DNA from: Curvularia clavata
Taxonomy: Eukaryota
DNA length: 64,000 nt
NCBI GenBank assembly: GCA_023920165.1
Contig: CP089275.1
Span: forward strand, 5,022,001 to 5,086,000
Direction: 5' to 3'
The notes under the pieces are model-generated. The model made no database searches, was not told the DNA's origin, and saw nothing but the letters and a program-made list of their open reading frames with translations. Of the stretch, positions 49,140 to 62,228 are shown one piece after another. The position numbers and the translations under genes were made by a program. How positions within the stretch are numbered: position 1 is the stretch's first letter; each line of letters starts with the position of its first letter.

Positions 49140-50638
49140 GGTTGCTTTGTTTGTTTGTTTTTTTGCGGGATTAGATTATCGCTGGGATATCAAGTATTAG
49201 AAGTAGCTTTGCAAAAGCGAGCTGGTAAAGAGTGACGGATGGTGAGAGGTTTCTGTAAAAGAAAGGCTGAAGAACCAAGAAGTCTTCGAAAGGCTTGCAG
49301 TAGTAGATATATTACTGAAGGATGGCGCGAGAGAGAGAAAGAAGGCAGCAGGCGGCGCAGCATAAGCTCTCTTATTGAAGGCCCCCAAACGGTCCTATGC
49401 AGGGATCCAGGGCCAGCCTAGCGCTGACTCGGCGCTGCCACTACCCACGTACCTGCATTCGCCCGCTAGGCCCGAATCCGCCTTCAGTCTGCCCGCTGGG
49501 CGAATCGCAGCATGGCTGGGAGATTGCATCCAGCTCGCGTCGTGTCGTCGACCTCCCGCCTGTCCTGGTGGCGCTACCGGTGAGCGCCTGGCACGGCCTA
49601 TTTCTGGAGATTAGCCCTGGAGTGGTGCCAAAGGGATGGACGCCTGAATCAATCGCAAAGGAGCTTCGCGCCGGCCAGTCTGCTGCTAAGCTGCTGCTAG
49701 CAACAACTTGGCTGGTTAGCTGGCACCCGCGGGAGATGAGCGCCCAAAGCATCGCCGCGTTGACGCCTACGGCTCACCCATCGCGTTCGCGTCCGGGATG
49801 GCATTGGCACCGAGCGCGCAGTTTGCCATTGCATCACCCGTCACAAAGCGCCATTGACGTTCATCGCAGTTGCTCCAGATGTGCGCGCGCACCCGAGCCC
49901 CTGTATGACACCGCCATGCAGCATTAGGCCCAAAAAACCGTCATGCGGGCTATCGAAAGCCTCGCCCCTGGCCTGAAGAGTCCTGGTGTCTAGGCCTCCA
50001 GCTGCACAAGAAGAAAAAAATAGGAGCAATGCGCTTGCCAGGCCGCCGTCGTCTTGCATGTCTCACTCACACATAGCCGAGCTGTTACTGTACCATAGAT
50101 GATGATGTTCTCCCCCCCAGCACCAATAAGCCCGCAAATTACCGCCGGTTGCCAAGAAGGAACCATTCTGCGACTCCACACGTGCGACACGGTCATTTGC
50201 GGTCGTTTCAGTATGCTTGTTGGGATTCTTCATCTCTTTTATTCGAGAAAATAAACTATAGTGGTTGTGTCATATGTACAAGCTGACATGTGTGTACCGA
50301 GTACTCCTCCTTGGCTACTCTCATGCCGTCGTCGCACCATGGGCATACAATTTGCCCAGACGTTCAGCTCGTAGAACTGTGGTATTGAGGCGTCTACTAT
50401 CCAGTTCAGCTGTCGAACCATGTGCATTGCGCCTCCCCAAGCGGGGCCCCGGGTAAGAACGAGGGAACGCTTCGGGGTATTTCGAGGCGCAATGGCATTC
50501 GTATCGTATCATCGTCAGTGCGTGGTATGCGCGCATCCTAGTGAAGCGAGCGAGCCTCATGCATGGGCTGGGATAAAGAAGAAGGAGAAGAGCAAAAAGA
50601 TACAAAAGCATCAAGCGCACGCTACAACATCAAACTGC

Positions 50639-51947
50639 TTAGCCACACTGGCCGGGGTCTGGTGGAAGTCAGCTTCAGGCTCATACCATGTCAAAACATA
50701 CCAAGGAGAGGGATTTACTCACACTTTCGCGATGTCAACGGCTGCGGGAAGACACCGTTGGCTAGAAGGGCCTTCATGTCCCATTCTGGGGAGCTCTCCG
50801 TCTTCCATGTCCAGAAAATCCATCCGTTGGCCATCTCAAACGCATCCAGCTGTGCCTCAATGTAGCGTCTGACGTCGTTCTTGTAGTCACCGGACAGGTT
50901 GGCCACAGTTCCGCTGTACTTGCCATCACAGCTGCCGACACGCGAGCTTCCTTCAAAGGTACCATCGTAACGCGCGCCCCGGTCCTTGCCGTTCAACCAC
51001 TTGGTGCAGTCGGTCAAAGCACCAGTCCATTCTCCGGCAATGGTCCACTTGCCAGTCGATGCCATTTGCTTACCAAAGCCGCAAGCAGTCTTGACGTGGT
51101 CGTCGACGCTCATGGCAACGGCCGACGTGTCGAAGATTTCGTAGTGGTGAGTGTCGAGAAGCAGGTTCCACATGCCACTACCCCAGCTGTTCCACGAAGT
51201 CACTCCCTGGAAGGCGTCGTGGAACGTGACAGCAACGCCAGAGTCTTTAAGGTTACCCCAGCCGTCCATGTAGAATTGTCGGACAGTGTCCATGTTCAGG
51301 TTCGGGCCCAGAGGCTCGTTAAGGAGCTGGATAGCGGCCACGGCAGGATGTGAGGCGTGGTCATCGCGGATCTTGTTCAAAACCTTCTTCGTGTAGTCGA
51401 CCGAGTCGCCCTGAGTCCAGCCAACGGAGCCCCGCTTGCCCGAGTTGTCGAAGCCGTTCTGCGACTCGGGTGCGCCGTGAAGATCAATCATGACCTTGAG
51501 GCCTGCACCTTGGGCCCAGTCCAGGGCTTCGCCAAGCTTGTCATAAGCACCGGCGATGTATGGCATGCCGTCTCGAGGAAGTACGCTCCACCACCCAATC
51601 GGAATTCGCACAAGGTTGAGACCGGCAGCAGCCATCTGCTTGAAGTCGTCTGCTGTGTACCATGTGTCCCAGTGCTTTTGCAGCATCGACTTTGCAGCAT
51701 CGCGGCCCATGGCATCAGCGAGTGTGTATTCATCAATCGCGGCGTTGCCCTCGAAGATGCTGGGTGTAATCCAGGGTTCAAGGACGAACCACCCACCCGT
51801 GTTGACTCCGCGGACCTTTTGTCCACCAAAGTCAAAAGATGGTGCTTTGTAACCCGATGTTTGTCGTTTCACGGATTCCAGTGGAGATGCGTTTGTGCTC
51901 ATAGCGAGTAGGCCAATGGCCGCTGCGGTGGTCCAACGTCCGACCAT
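50639..51947 (-). CDS. Secreted exo-1,3-beta-glucanase, glycoside hydrolase family 5 (Exg1/ExgA-like); short last exon
   Basis: Signal peptide and KR cleavage site. Motifs VRGVNTGGWFVLEPWITPS, VRIPIGWW, IDLHGAP.SQNGFDNSG, LLNEP (acid/base), AGEW (nucleophile) and GWIFWTWK. A terminal GTGAGT...CAG intron gives ...RKYPGQCG*. Confidence 0.95.
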
Positions 51948-54684
51948 TGTGAGGTAAAGTGGGTTACACAACTGATCCAAGACTGAAGAGCTCGTATGTA
52001 TTCAAAAGGGAAATTGGATATAAACCGAGTACTATGTATAAGCTTATGTGCTCGGTGTTACTGAAGTTTCAAGTTGAGTGAAGCTTATAGAGCTGGGGTC
52101 ATATCACCTTTTATGTAGTGATTTTCACCCTGGCAATTCTCCCCAAGCCCAGCATACGCCAGCGCAGCAGCCAAGTGCATTTGGCCCGTTTTTTGCCTCC
52201 AGTCTTGCCGATGCACCAAGGCATGCATTTGGTGCTTGCTTTGCGAGGTAGCGTTGATCCTCACTTCGTGGAGTTGCATCCTAGTTCTTAGCGGGGTGCT
52301 ACCCTAGACACCAGCAGACCAAGGCGTCGGCAAAAGTACAAACCGTAGTTCAGCCGACGAATGGGAATTCGGTTATGTTGAAGAGGCTGTCTATCTTTAC
52401 TCGTTCGGAGAGAAGTTGGTTGGCCACTCACGCAATGACGCAACGGCTTGGAAAGAAGGGAGAAACAGCCATGCTTACAGCTCAGACTGCCGATCTAGCC
52501 TGTTCAGGAAGCTGTCGCGGAAACATGCTACGGAAATACTGGACCCAACGCCTCAACCATGATTAACGTGGAGCGTAAGATCTAGGGTCATGTGGAATCA
52601 GGAGGTACAACACAGAGGTACTTGCGCTTGGCAGGTAGTCGGAAGACCTCAGGTACAGGGCACTGATTGGCTAAAAGGCTGCGGCGATGATGTCGGGGAT
52701 CGGCGAGTTGCAGCCAGTTGTATGCCGAGTCCATGCTACGGTCAAGATGCCGAGAGGCTCCCAACAGTGCTTGGAGAGCTTTGGTATACAGCTGGAGCAT
52801 GGCGGTGGATTCCTTGGCCTGTTAGCGTACGAAGTAGTATGTATGTGTCGCCGAGACTGCATGCAAATATCTTGGGTCGGATCTCGTAGCTATGGCGTGT
52901 CAGTCAACTACACGCCGTTAGGTTGCTGCAGTGTCATGCGTATGTACATACGAAGTACATACCCTTCCCTGCAGCGTAACCGGTGTGCCAAAACCAGCAT
53001 TGCGGGGAAAACACACAGCAAGGACACTTTATTGGGCCTCCCTGTGGACCCTATGATCTGCAGTGCACGTGACCCTTTATGCCCTTTGCCCGAGTTAAAG
53101 ATCTACAAGTACAAGAGCTTAAGTCCTTCCAATGGGATGGGATGTGTCAAGCCATCGTGGCACTGCCTGGCTCAGGCATCACGCGGAGACGGGTCGTTGC
53201 CGCATAGATTAAATTGACGAGCATACTTGCGGTAAAAGAAACGCACATAATAGTCGGATAAACGGGTTTGCCTCAACAACTTCTCTATATCGGCTGTTGT
53301 TGGTTATTACCGTTCAACTGCCATATATGTCTGCCCATCACAGCACCTGCCCTGCCAACATCGGACGGGAATGTACATGCAACTGGCTTACTGTCGTCGG
53401 CAGCAGTGGTTCGGCGGGAATGAGCGTACGATGGCGTGCGATCTGCACAGCTTAGTGCCTGTGGGGAAGACGCACGATACTTGTTCTAGCGCAGTTGTCC
53501 GTCGGAACCAGATCAAGGAGCGCACATCATACCTGTGGCTTGTGACCACACAAGGACTTCACGCTTTGTTAGCGGGATGTGCGCTGCCTGACCCGGTTCT
53601 CGGCGTAGGCCGAGGTACATGTGCTTCGGGCACATGGCCGACCGCGAATCTGCACGCTGCCATGCCTCTCCGTTGGCGTAGCTAGTGATGCAGAGTATGC
53701 TCGGCGTCATTGATCACGATGTCCCTTGCTGTAGTCGGCGACGGAGAGGGCCAAGCGAGACGCGTTGCTGTGTTGGGCAAGGCGAAGAGACGAGAAACCC
53801 GGTAAACTTGGTGGTACATATGTGGAGAAGTTTGGTCGACGGTGAGTACGATAGTGGACCGGTGGTGACGATGTAGTGACCAGGCTTCGACAGAATGACG
53901 CTGGATGCTAGCAGAAGTGTTTTTCACGGCCGGGACTCTAGTGGGTCAAAACTTTGGGTTTTTCGTTGTGATACAGAGGCTACGGGGTAGAGGAAAGCAA
54001 TTCCCTTTGGGTATATCTGCCGTCACGTGACACAATCTCTTCCACAACTGGCGAAGCCAGAAAATCAAAAAGAGCTTACCTACAGACAAGCTAGCCAAGT
54101 GAGTGGTGCATGACCGTGACAACTACATTTACTCTCAAAAGTGGTAATTTTACTATAGTTAGTATTTCTTTTCTATCTGTTTTTTACCTCTAGTCCGCCT
54201 GTGGCGATCAATACTTTACAGCTCACCCCCCAACCAAAAATCAAAGATTGTAGTCGAAGTAGCGATTCAAGCCTTGATTGAACTCGAGCTCCAGAACACT
54301 GCTACAATATCGTGTAGGGTGGTTTTGCAGACCGCTATTTCCAGTCTTACCAATTGTGGGATAGAAAGTAAAGCTCCGTTGTACGGCGGATGGGTCGTTC
54401 CGCGTACACGTGATGTGAGTGGTCGCGGGTCGCTCTTGCCGATGGTGTTATTTTGCTGAGGTAAGAGCGACGTTTAGCAGATTTGGGCGAGGGGATACAG
54501 TACCGTCATTTTACCATAGATCCGTACGCCCTCTTCCAAACGCCGATTTTCGAGGTGAGCTCCACTTGTCCCCCGTGCTTTCGCTTGCTTGTCCAACCCG
54601 TCTGCTTGCGCTTTCCATGCGCATCCGACTTCATGGTCACAATTGCTACTAGGCTAACCTCCACAATGGCAGGCTGCCGCCGCC

Positions 54685-56229
54685 ATGGGCAGACATGCCA
54701 ATCCGGACATCCGGCGCGCCTTTGCTGAGTTCCAGGACCAGGAGACTCCCTCCAAATGCAACAAGGTCCGCTGTCGCCATTGCGGCTACGTCCGCGCAAA
54801 GAACACGACGCGCCAGATCGAGCATCTGCAAGAGTGTCAGGCCTATCTCGCCTCGTCGGATGCGCAAGCCCACCTGGTTACCCAGCAGCAGCAGCAGCAG
54901 CAACCGCAACAGCAGGACGGGACGCCGGTAGAGTCCAGCTTGACTCCCGTTTCTTCTAGCCAGATATTCAGTGGCCAACAGCCCAATCCAAACCTCCAGG
55001 TCCAACGGCGTGGCCCCAACACCAAGCGCGCCCGCGACAGCCAGCCTATTATTGCACCCAAAACTGCTCCACCTCCCAGTCTTACTCCCTCTCTGACGTC
55101 ACATCTGCTCAATATCTACGCTGGCATATTCCGACAAGCGACCCAGCGACCCTTCTTGTCCCACGCAGGCTGCGGATCGCTGGGAGCTGAACCACTGCTG
55201 TCGTGGCTGGTACAAGACGGACACTATGCGCGTGGGCATATACGCTTCGCGGGACAGTTGCTGGCCAAAATTCGGTTACCTCAGATACCCAATTCCCAGT
55301 TCCATCCCATGTATCGGACCATGGATCTCCTCATCTCAGCGCTAAACAATATGCGTCGGGAAATGCAATTTTATGAGATTACCGCAACAAAATACGGCTT
55401 GAGTCTTCCTTCAGATCCCCCTAATCCTGCGACACGGGCCCTACTGGATCTCTTGATGAGTGCGAGTAGCTCGAGTGCATCCCTCTTAGAAGGCATGGTT
55501 GTGCTTTGGGGGACTGAGCACGTACGTTATTCCAAAAAGAAACTGTGCGCCTGACTGATTTCTCTTCAGGCCTACCGCTCGTCGTGGCAATATGCCTCAA
55601 CGTTTTCTAGCTCCCTTCCCGCTTCAACCAGTGAACCCCACATCGCTGCTTTGCACCAAGCTATTATGCCCAACTGCACGTCGCCCGCTGCTAATAAGTT
55701 TCTCGATGCAACACGTGCACTTGTTGACGAACTAGCCAATATCACTACCACACGGGATGGCAAAGAAGAAATGATACGCTGTGAAGAACTCTTTCGGCAG
55801 ATATGTTGGGTCGCGGAGCGATATTGGCCTGCTGTTGATGAGAACGGCGCTACCATGGGCAGTAACATGCAAAGCGGAATCCCCAATCCGCGACCAATGC
55901 CTATGAATCGAAATCCCGTGCACCCAAACATGGCGGCACAGAACATGCACGGTCCGGGTATCAATATGCACGGCAACGCGGTCAATAGCAACATGACGGG
56001 CCCGCTTCCGAACCCCAATATGCATGGTCACGTGAGCAGCAACATAAATAACAATCCAAACGCCAATGCAGGTACCAGTAATGCACAAAACCAAAACTAC
56101 CCTTCGCAAAGTGGTCCGATTAATGCTGGTGTTCGCAAGGACAGTACATCTTTAAGCGACAATAGGACGAAGCAAAATATGTTGCAGCGGGGCAGCATGG
56201 ACAGTTCGAGTCAGGAATCGTCACCTTGA
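54685..56229 (+). CDS. BED-type zinc finger + TenA/THI-4 (heme-oxygenase-like fold) domain protein; intron 55522-55569
   Basis: N-terminal KVRCRHCGYVRAKNTTRQIEHLQEC and a polyQ run. Then ATQRPFL...G.GSL...L.WLVQD..Y, LEGMVVLWGTE|AYRSSW and FRQICWVAERYWP (TenA/Pet18-like). Asn/Met/Pro-rich tail. Confidence 0.8.
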
Positions 56230-57049
56230 AAAGCATAGACTTGGGGACATTTTTTCGCCTAGCAAAAGTCAAGATTTTACGAGGAGGTTTGGAGGCAACG
56301 TTAGCACCGCTCTATACGCGTCGTCCAAGGACCTCCTGAGTTGTCTTAGAAAATGGGTTTTTGGTTGGATTGCCTTTGTTTTCTTATTTTACTCCGTTTC
56401 GCTTCAACTTTATATCCCACATATGGTACTGTTCTTCTTTAATCTGTGTATTGGTAGTCATGAATATCATGAAAAGTGACGGCCGTTGTCGGCAGTGTAA
56501 ATGTTACAGGCTCTTGTGACAACCACAGCTACTATAAGAAAGCAATGATTTTACTATAACGTTTTGCGTGGACGTTGTCCTTAACAAAATGCAGGTCACC
56601 CCAACTATTACGGTTGATCAAGTATGATTTGACATTATCAAAGTACGTACACAACCAGAGTTATTCACTATCTATTTTGTTGGTAGTTTGACTTTGTAGG
56701 AAAGCTCTTTAATTTTCCGGTTTCACCAGTTGTAGGAGAGAAACCTGAGAAGGAGCAATTGAAGTTTTGACCGTCTTAGATCTACAAAAATGTTGGTTGT
56801 TTAGCATGTTATCTTGACCTTGCATTCAACTCAATTGTGCACTAAAACTTCCACTCAACTCGTACTTCTCTCGCCTTCTCTTGCCTTTTTTATGTTTTCT
56901 GATCATCTCCTACTTTCTTTTACCCTCCCATACCTTTCTGTATAAAAAGTAAAGTATTTTAAGAGTCTACACTCTTACGATACTAAAGCGGGTTATCTTA
57001 CCCAAAGGAGGCGATACCTATCTTTCTCAGACAAACAAATTCAAGACGA

Positions 57050-57400
57050 GATAGACAAGAGCGGGCTCAGCTACCGTGAGGGAGTAGCCAATTCTATCAC
57101 CTATGCCCAGACGTCTACATGGACCCTAGAGCCCTCGACCTGATTAAGCGCGGAATTGGATAACTACTAAATGGCGGACTCTCCTACAACTAGTCCCTAA
57201 AACAGGAACAACAAAACGAGCTCGCCTACAAAGACAAGCTAATAACACAGAGATGACATACAATTGTTGCAATTGATGCTACTTTTGAACGTAGAGTGTA
57301 TTTGTAGGTAGTCATTATCTGGTTCAACTAGTTGTGGGGGAGGGGTGGCTGACTACCAACCGGCGGGATGGCTTGGCGTTCCAATTCGCTGAACAGTTTG
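57050..57400 (+). mobile_element. Possible degenerate 3' end of a pogo/Fot1-like DNA transposon
   Basis: TpA-rich, ORF-free tract ending GGGGTGGCTGACTACCAACCGGCGGGATGGCTTGG. This resembles the doubled-motif right ends of fungal pogo elements; no partner end was found. Confidence 0.3.
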
Positions 57401-57683
57401 GCTGTGGTAATTGTACACGGCGAAAATCAGGCACTTTATCTATACCTTATATCTAGCTCATGTTTGTTTCTTAGAGCTCCAAGTTAAGATTTTTGTTCAA
57501 GAGCGTTTTCTTGTAATCTTAGGTCAAAATCACTAGACCAGACACAGAGAAGGATCGATTTGTAATGCAAATATTTGTATTGCTCAAGTAGCGTTATTCG
57601 CTACAAAATTTCATAATATCATTTCTCTTTTCCAATATGCAAACAATCTTTAATCTCCAATGATACAAGACCATCTAAAGAAT

Positions 57684-59724
57684 CTAAGCCGTCGGGATAG
57701 TTTCAACAGGGCTCTTCTCAATAATTGGCGGAGGCTCAGGAATCTTCTGGCGGAGAATCTTGCTGCGGAGGAAATACGGAACCTGCTCCGTAATCTGGTA
57801 GTGAAGATAGGTCCTCGTGGGCACGCTAAAGACCTGGTCCAATTCCTCAAGCGTAAGCTGCTTGGTCTCACGGAGAAAGCAGAAAATCATGCCCCAAGCA
57901 ATCAGATTGAGACCGGCGTAGAAACCAAAAGCACCCGTCTGGGTCATGACAGACACCATGCGAGGGAAGGTAAGGGACAGGACACCAGCGAAGGTGTTGT
58001 TGATGCAAACAGCCCAGGCCATGCCCTGCTCACGTTGGATGGTAGGGAAAACTTCGGCAGAGTACTGGAATGCGACGGGGCCTTCTCCGAGCGAATACAT
58101 GATGGTGAAGAGGTAGATAAATAGGACGACGGGCCCGACTCTGGCGGCTTTGCTGACGGTATCAGGCTGAAGGAGCGACAAACCGGCTGCCAGCAAGAAG
58201 ATGCACATGAAAGGGAAAGTCTGAGAGACTGAGTTAGTGGTGAAAGCTTTGATAGGAGGCTTGAAATTCCACTTACCCACATGCAAAGAGTCCTGCGGCC
58301 CTTTGTATCGATGAGGAATAACGTGGGAATAGTAAAAACGACCTGAATAGCACCATATCCGAGAGATGCATACAATGCCTGATCCGTGCTGTAACCGGCC
58401 TCGCTGAAGATAGTCGAGCTGTAGAACGAAATGATGTTGATACCGCACATCTGCTGCGCAATCATGACGGTAGAGGCACCGTAATTGGCACGCCTGATTC
58501 GCGGCACACGGAAGCAGTCGAAAAGACGATCAAAGTAACCGGCTCCTTGGGCAACGGCCAATTCGGTCTCGTAGATGACATAAGAGTAGTAGTAATCACG
58601 GGCGGCGATGATGGGATGCGCACGCAGTTTGTTCATGGATTTGAAGCCTTGAGCTACCTTGCCGTGCTTCATCAGCCAACGAGGTGACCTAAAGTAGTTG
58701 TAAGCATTTATTTGGTCTAGCATCCGAAAAAATAGCAGATACGTACTCCGGACAGAAGTAAATTCCAACCATCAGAATGAAGGAAGGGATAAAGGCAGAG
58801 CCAAGTTGCAAGCGCCACGAGATTCTGCCAGTGTCCTTGACAATGACATTGGCGCAGAAACCCAGGAAAATACCTGTATACATGGATTAGTTATGCCTGA
58901 AAATTTCTGAGATAGGCGGTTTTCTTACCAATGACGACCCAGAGTTGCCAAAACATGACCAAAGCGCCTCGAATACGATGCGGTGCCATTTCGGCGGAGT
59001 AAATGGGGACGGTGGCGTTCTTTGCACCGATACCGATACCCATGATGAAACGAGCGGCGAACAAACCTTCCCATGATTGAGCGCAAGCAGAGCCGATGGG
59101 AGTGGCTGTAAGGCAGAGAGCGGTGAGGAAAATTTCACCCCTACGACCAAGATACTTGTTGAGCGGGTCAACGATGAAGGCGCCGATGAGTCCAGCAGTG
59201 AGGAAGATGATGGCGTTGATGAGTCCAACGATCCACTCGCCCCAAGCACCTCGCTGGTTCAGACCAAACTCCTCTGGAAAAGACAAGTTGGCACCGTTTG
59301 AACCGGTTTGATCCCAGCCTTGCGTGGCAGCTCCAATGGCACAGAGACCGATGGAGTACCACAGCATCCTGGGGCCGTGCCACTTGTGGTCACGCTCGTA
59401 GATGAGAGCACTCCGCTCGTCGCTGTCGAGGTCGGTGAGCATCTCGAAGCGCTCCGGGTCGCGGGCAACAAGAGCCGCTTTGCGGAACAAGGTGGTGTGC
59501 TCGCTCATGCCATGTTTCTTGGCCCATTCCTCAGCAGCGTAGGCACACTCCTCTCGGGATTGGCGTGTTAATGGGTTCTCGACGACATTGTGAGCGACGG
59601 ACGAGCGGCGAGCGCTAGCGTCAGCAATGTGCTCGGTGGTGGGAGAAAAGGCTGTCTCCTTCTCTGGGTGAGAGAGGATCTCCTTCTCATTGTGGACGTT
59701 GGGCTCACTGTCCTTTCCGTCCAT
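57684..59724 (-). CDS. Sugar porter family MFS transporter (polyol/inositol-like), 3 introns
   Basis: AATQGWDQTGSNGANL, LGRRG, PIYSAEMAP..IRGALV..WQL, PESPRWL, QQMCGINIISFYSS, IDTKGRR, YSAEVFP, ETKQLTLEELD. Confidence 0.95.
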
Positions 59725-62228
59725 TTTGTTGAATGGTGTTTGGCAGGTTCACGGATTGGGAAGAACCAGCTACACGAGTGTATGACAACGAAGGAGTTGA
59801 AAAGAAAAAAGGGAAACAAGCAAGAGGTGAGTTGAGGACGCTGATCTTATACCTGGAGGAGGCAAAGAGTGAAAGGGAGGCCTAAGAGTGGAGCCTCCAA
59901 CGGGTACACAGCAGCTTGTAGCAAGTTCCGATAGCCAGAGCCAAAAGGCACTAAACAGCGTTCACCTGGAGCTGGCCAACGACATGGCATTGAGGCAAAG
60001 GAGGGGTATGGACGCGCTAGGTGGATTGTTCATGGAGATCTCCACATCAAGTCCCCATGGAGTAAGTGTCGAGCTAATGGCGGTTATCTTAGCCACCAGG
60101 CTTGTTTGTAATGCCTTGGCACCAACCCCAGGCATCGCGCCTCCCGATGGATATGACCTCATTCTCTGCACCCTCGGCCAGCCTCCCGCGTTAAGTCACG
60201 CCACAGAATGCTACCTTGTGGCCTTGCACATGGTAACCGAATTTCTTTCTTCTGAGGTGCTGTCAGCTTACTTTGTTGCAGGACTTTGTTATGCCTGCTG
60301 ATGGGGTTGCAGGCACAGAGACCCAGGGCCCAGTACTCTAGACACATGCATCTGTCCCAACACAAGCGGTCACGAACCCGGTCCTATGCAGGCCGATGCT
60401 GTCCCTGCACAATTCTCGCGGTGTGCCATCTTGAATTGAGGCTTGTCGGGAGCGGGAATTAGGCTCTTGGGACGACATGCTTAGTGGCACGATCGGCACT
60501 ACGCTTGCCTCACCCGTCACCCGCCAGCCGCTTAAATCACCGCCCAGAGTGAGCACGCTGCATGCCACCACCTCCGTCACCACCATTTCAAACACCGATC
60601 CTGGGCCCTTTGGTTGCCGTGTGCCGTGTGCATGTATCCTACTCCAGCTTATTGCTGACGATGCGTGTGGTGGGTGACTCTGGATTGCCGCCACCTCGCA
60701 GCACATGACAGTCGCCATCAAAAGAGACTTTGCGGCAAGTCTCGACCAAGACAAGCCGGCGGATGGCGTACGCGCGGCGACGGCTTGGGCACCTTGCCTC
60801 GTCTTATCCCAACAACCCAAGGCATGGCCAAAAGCTTAGGACCGTCTGCGTTTCCGACCAATCGTCGTCGTGTACAATGTGGGTCTGGTGTGCTTGCACG
60901 GACACACACACGTTTCTGGTGGGGACGCCTCCAAACTTTTCTCCAGGTCTTTGTCTCCAGCATCCAGCGGCGGGGTGCGAGTCATGCATTGTGGAGAGGT
61001 CCTCTGCTTACGTACCGGAATACGACCTGTCGTGTTTTGCAAAATTAAAATTGTTTGATAAGGAACAGGTTGTCGTTCGGTCGTTCATCACCAGAGCAGC
61101 CAGGGCAGCCTGCAATACTGGTCAATCGGAAACAGCCTGACCCGCGGTAAACGCGTTCCAGAGCAGTCGCAGGTCGTGGTCGCATCTTGCTTGTGATCGC
61201 TCTATGATTGCTCCAGCAGAACCTACCGCTCGCTGGGAGTTCTAGAAGTGCCGGTCACACTCTGCTGCGCCGCGGACGTCGGTGTCTCCGTTGGTTCATG
61301 AGGCTACTATTCAAGCGCATCTCAGAGCTACGTGCTGTTGCTGCCGGGACCCATGATTACCCCACATTGGCGCCTCCGGATTACCCAACATGGCGATTCT
61401 CTCCTCTCTAACCCTAGCAAATAGCCTCAGTAAGCCCGGTCTTTGCAACTCCGCCCTGGATAGTCTGCTGTGTAGCGTATCTAAATCTTCAGACCACGCG
61501 ACCCTCCTATCCGTGCGCATTTTAAAATGAAACCTTGTGAACCTCCGTGGAAACTACAAGAGCTGCATTTGCATGTGCGAACTCTGCCCTTTGCCAAGCC
61601 CATAGACAGCACTAATACACTAATACTACGTTGGAATATACGTTGGAATAAAATCATTCGCTACCGAACTTTGAAATATCAAGATCGTGGGTGAAGGACC
61701 GATCGTTGATCTTCGGACCCCTTGCATAGATGCGTGCTCTCAACCTGTTTGGCTTAAAAAGCGCAGTGTCTCTTAACTTCAGTCTTCTTCTTACTAGTAA
61801 CAAGATAAATACTAAACGTGACCCTCATGCAAGCAATACAATGCACCATAAGACTCTCCTAAACGTTTATCCGGTACACGGACGTTTTCGTCCAATGAAC
61901 AAAACAAGCTAGCCATCGGACATGCACATCATCGTTAGCATCGTCACACTGCTGACTACCTTGTACGTTTCCGTACCTTTCAAATCTTGTACTAAATATG
62001 CCGTCTTGTATTAGGAGAAGAAGAAAAAAAGAGCCAATAAAGCTAAAGCTATACGCATACATATATACATACATCTTGCAGATGAAGCTTTTCTCCGCAC
62101 ATGCCCTCTCGAAATAAAACTCACTCAAAAAGTCTCCATTCCGCAACTCGGCTTCGTCTAGCAAAAACGCGCGAGCAATGCAGGGCGTCCAGCGACCCAA
62201 CCCCATGGACTCTGTCCCCCCCCCCAGT

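Noticed and set aside
54440..54680. TPP riboswitch in the 5' UTR intron of the TenA-like gene
   Set aside because: The splice layout is suggestive, but the conserved aptamer motifs (CUGAGA; UGAU...UAAU.CC.GCG) are absent.
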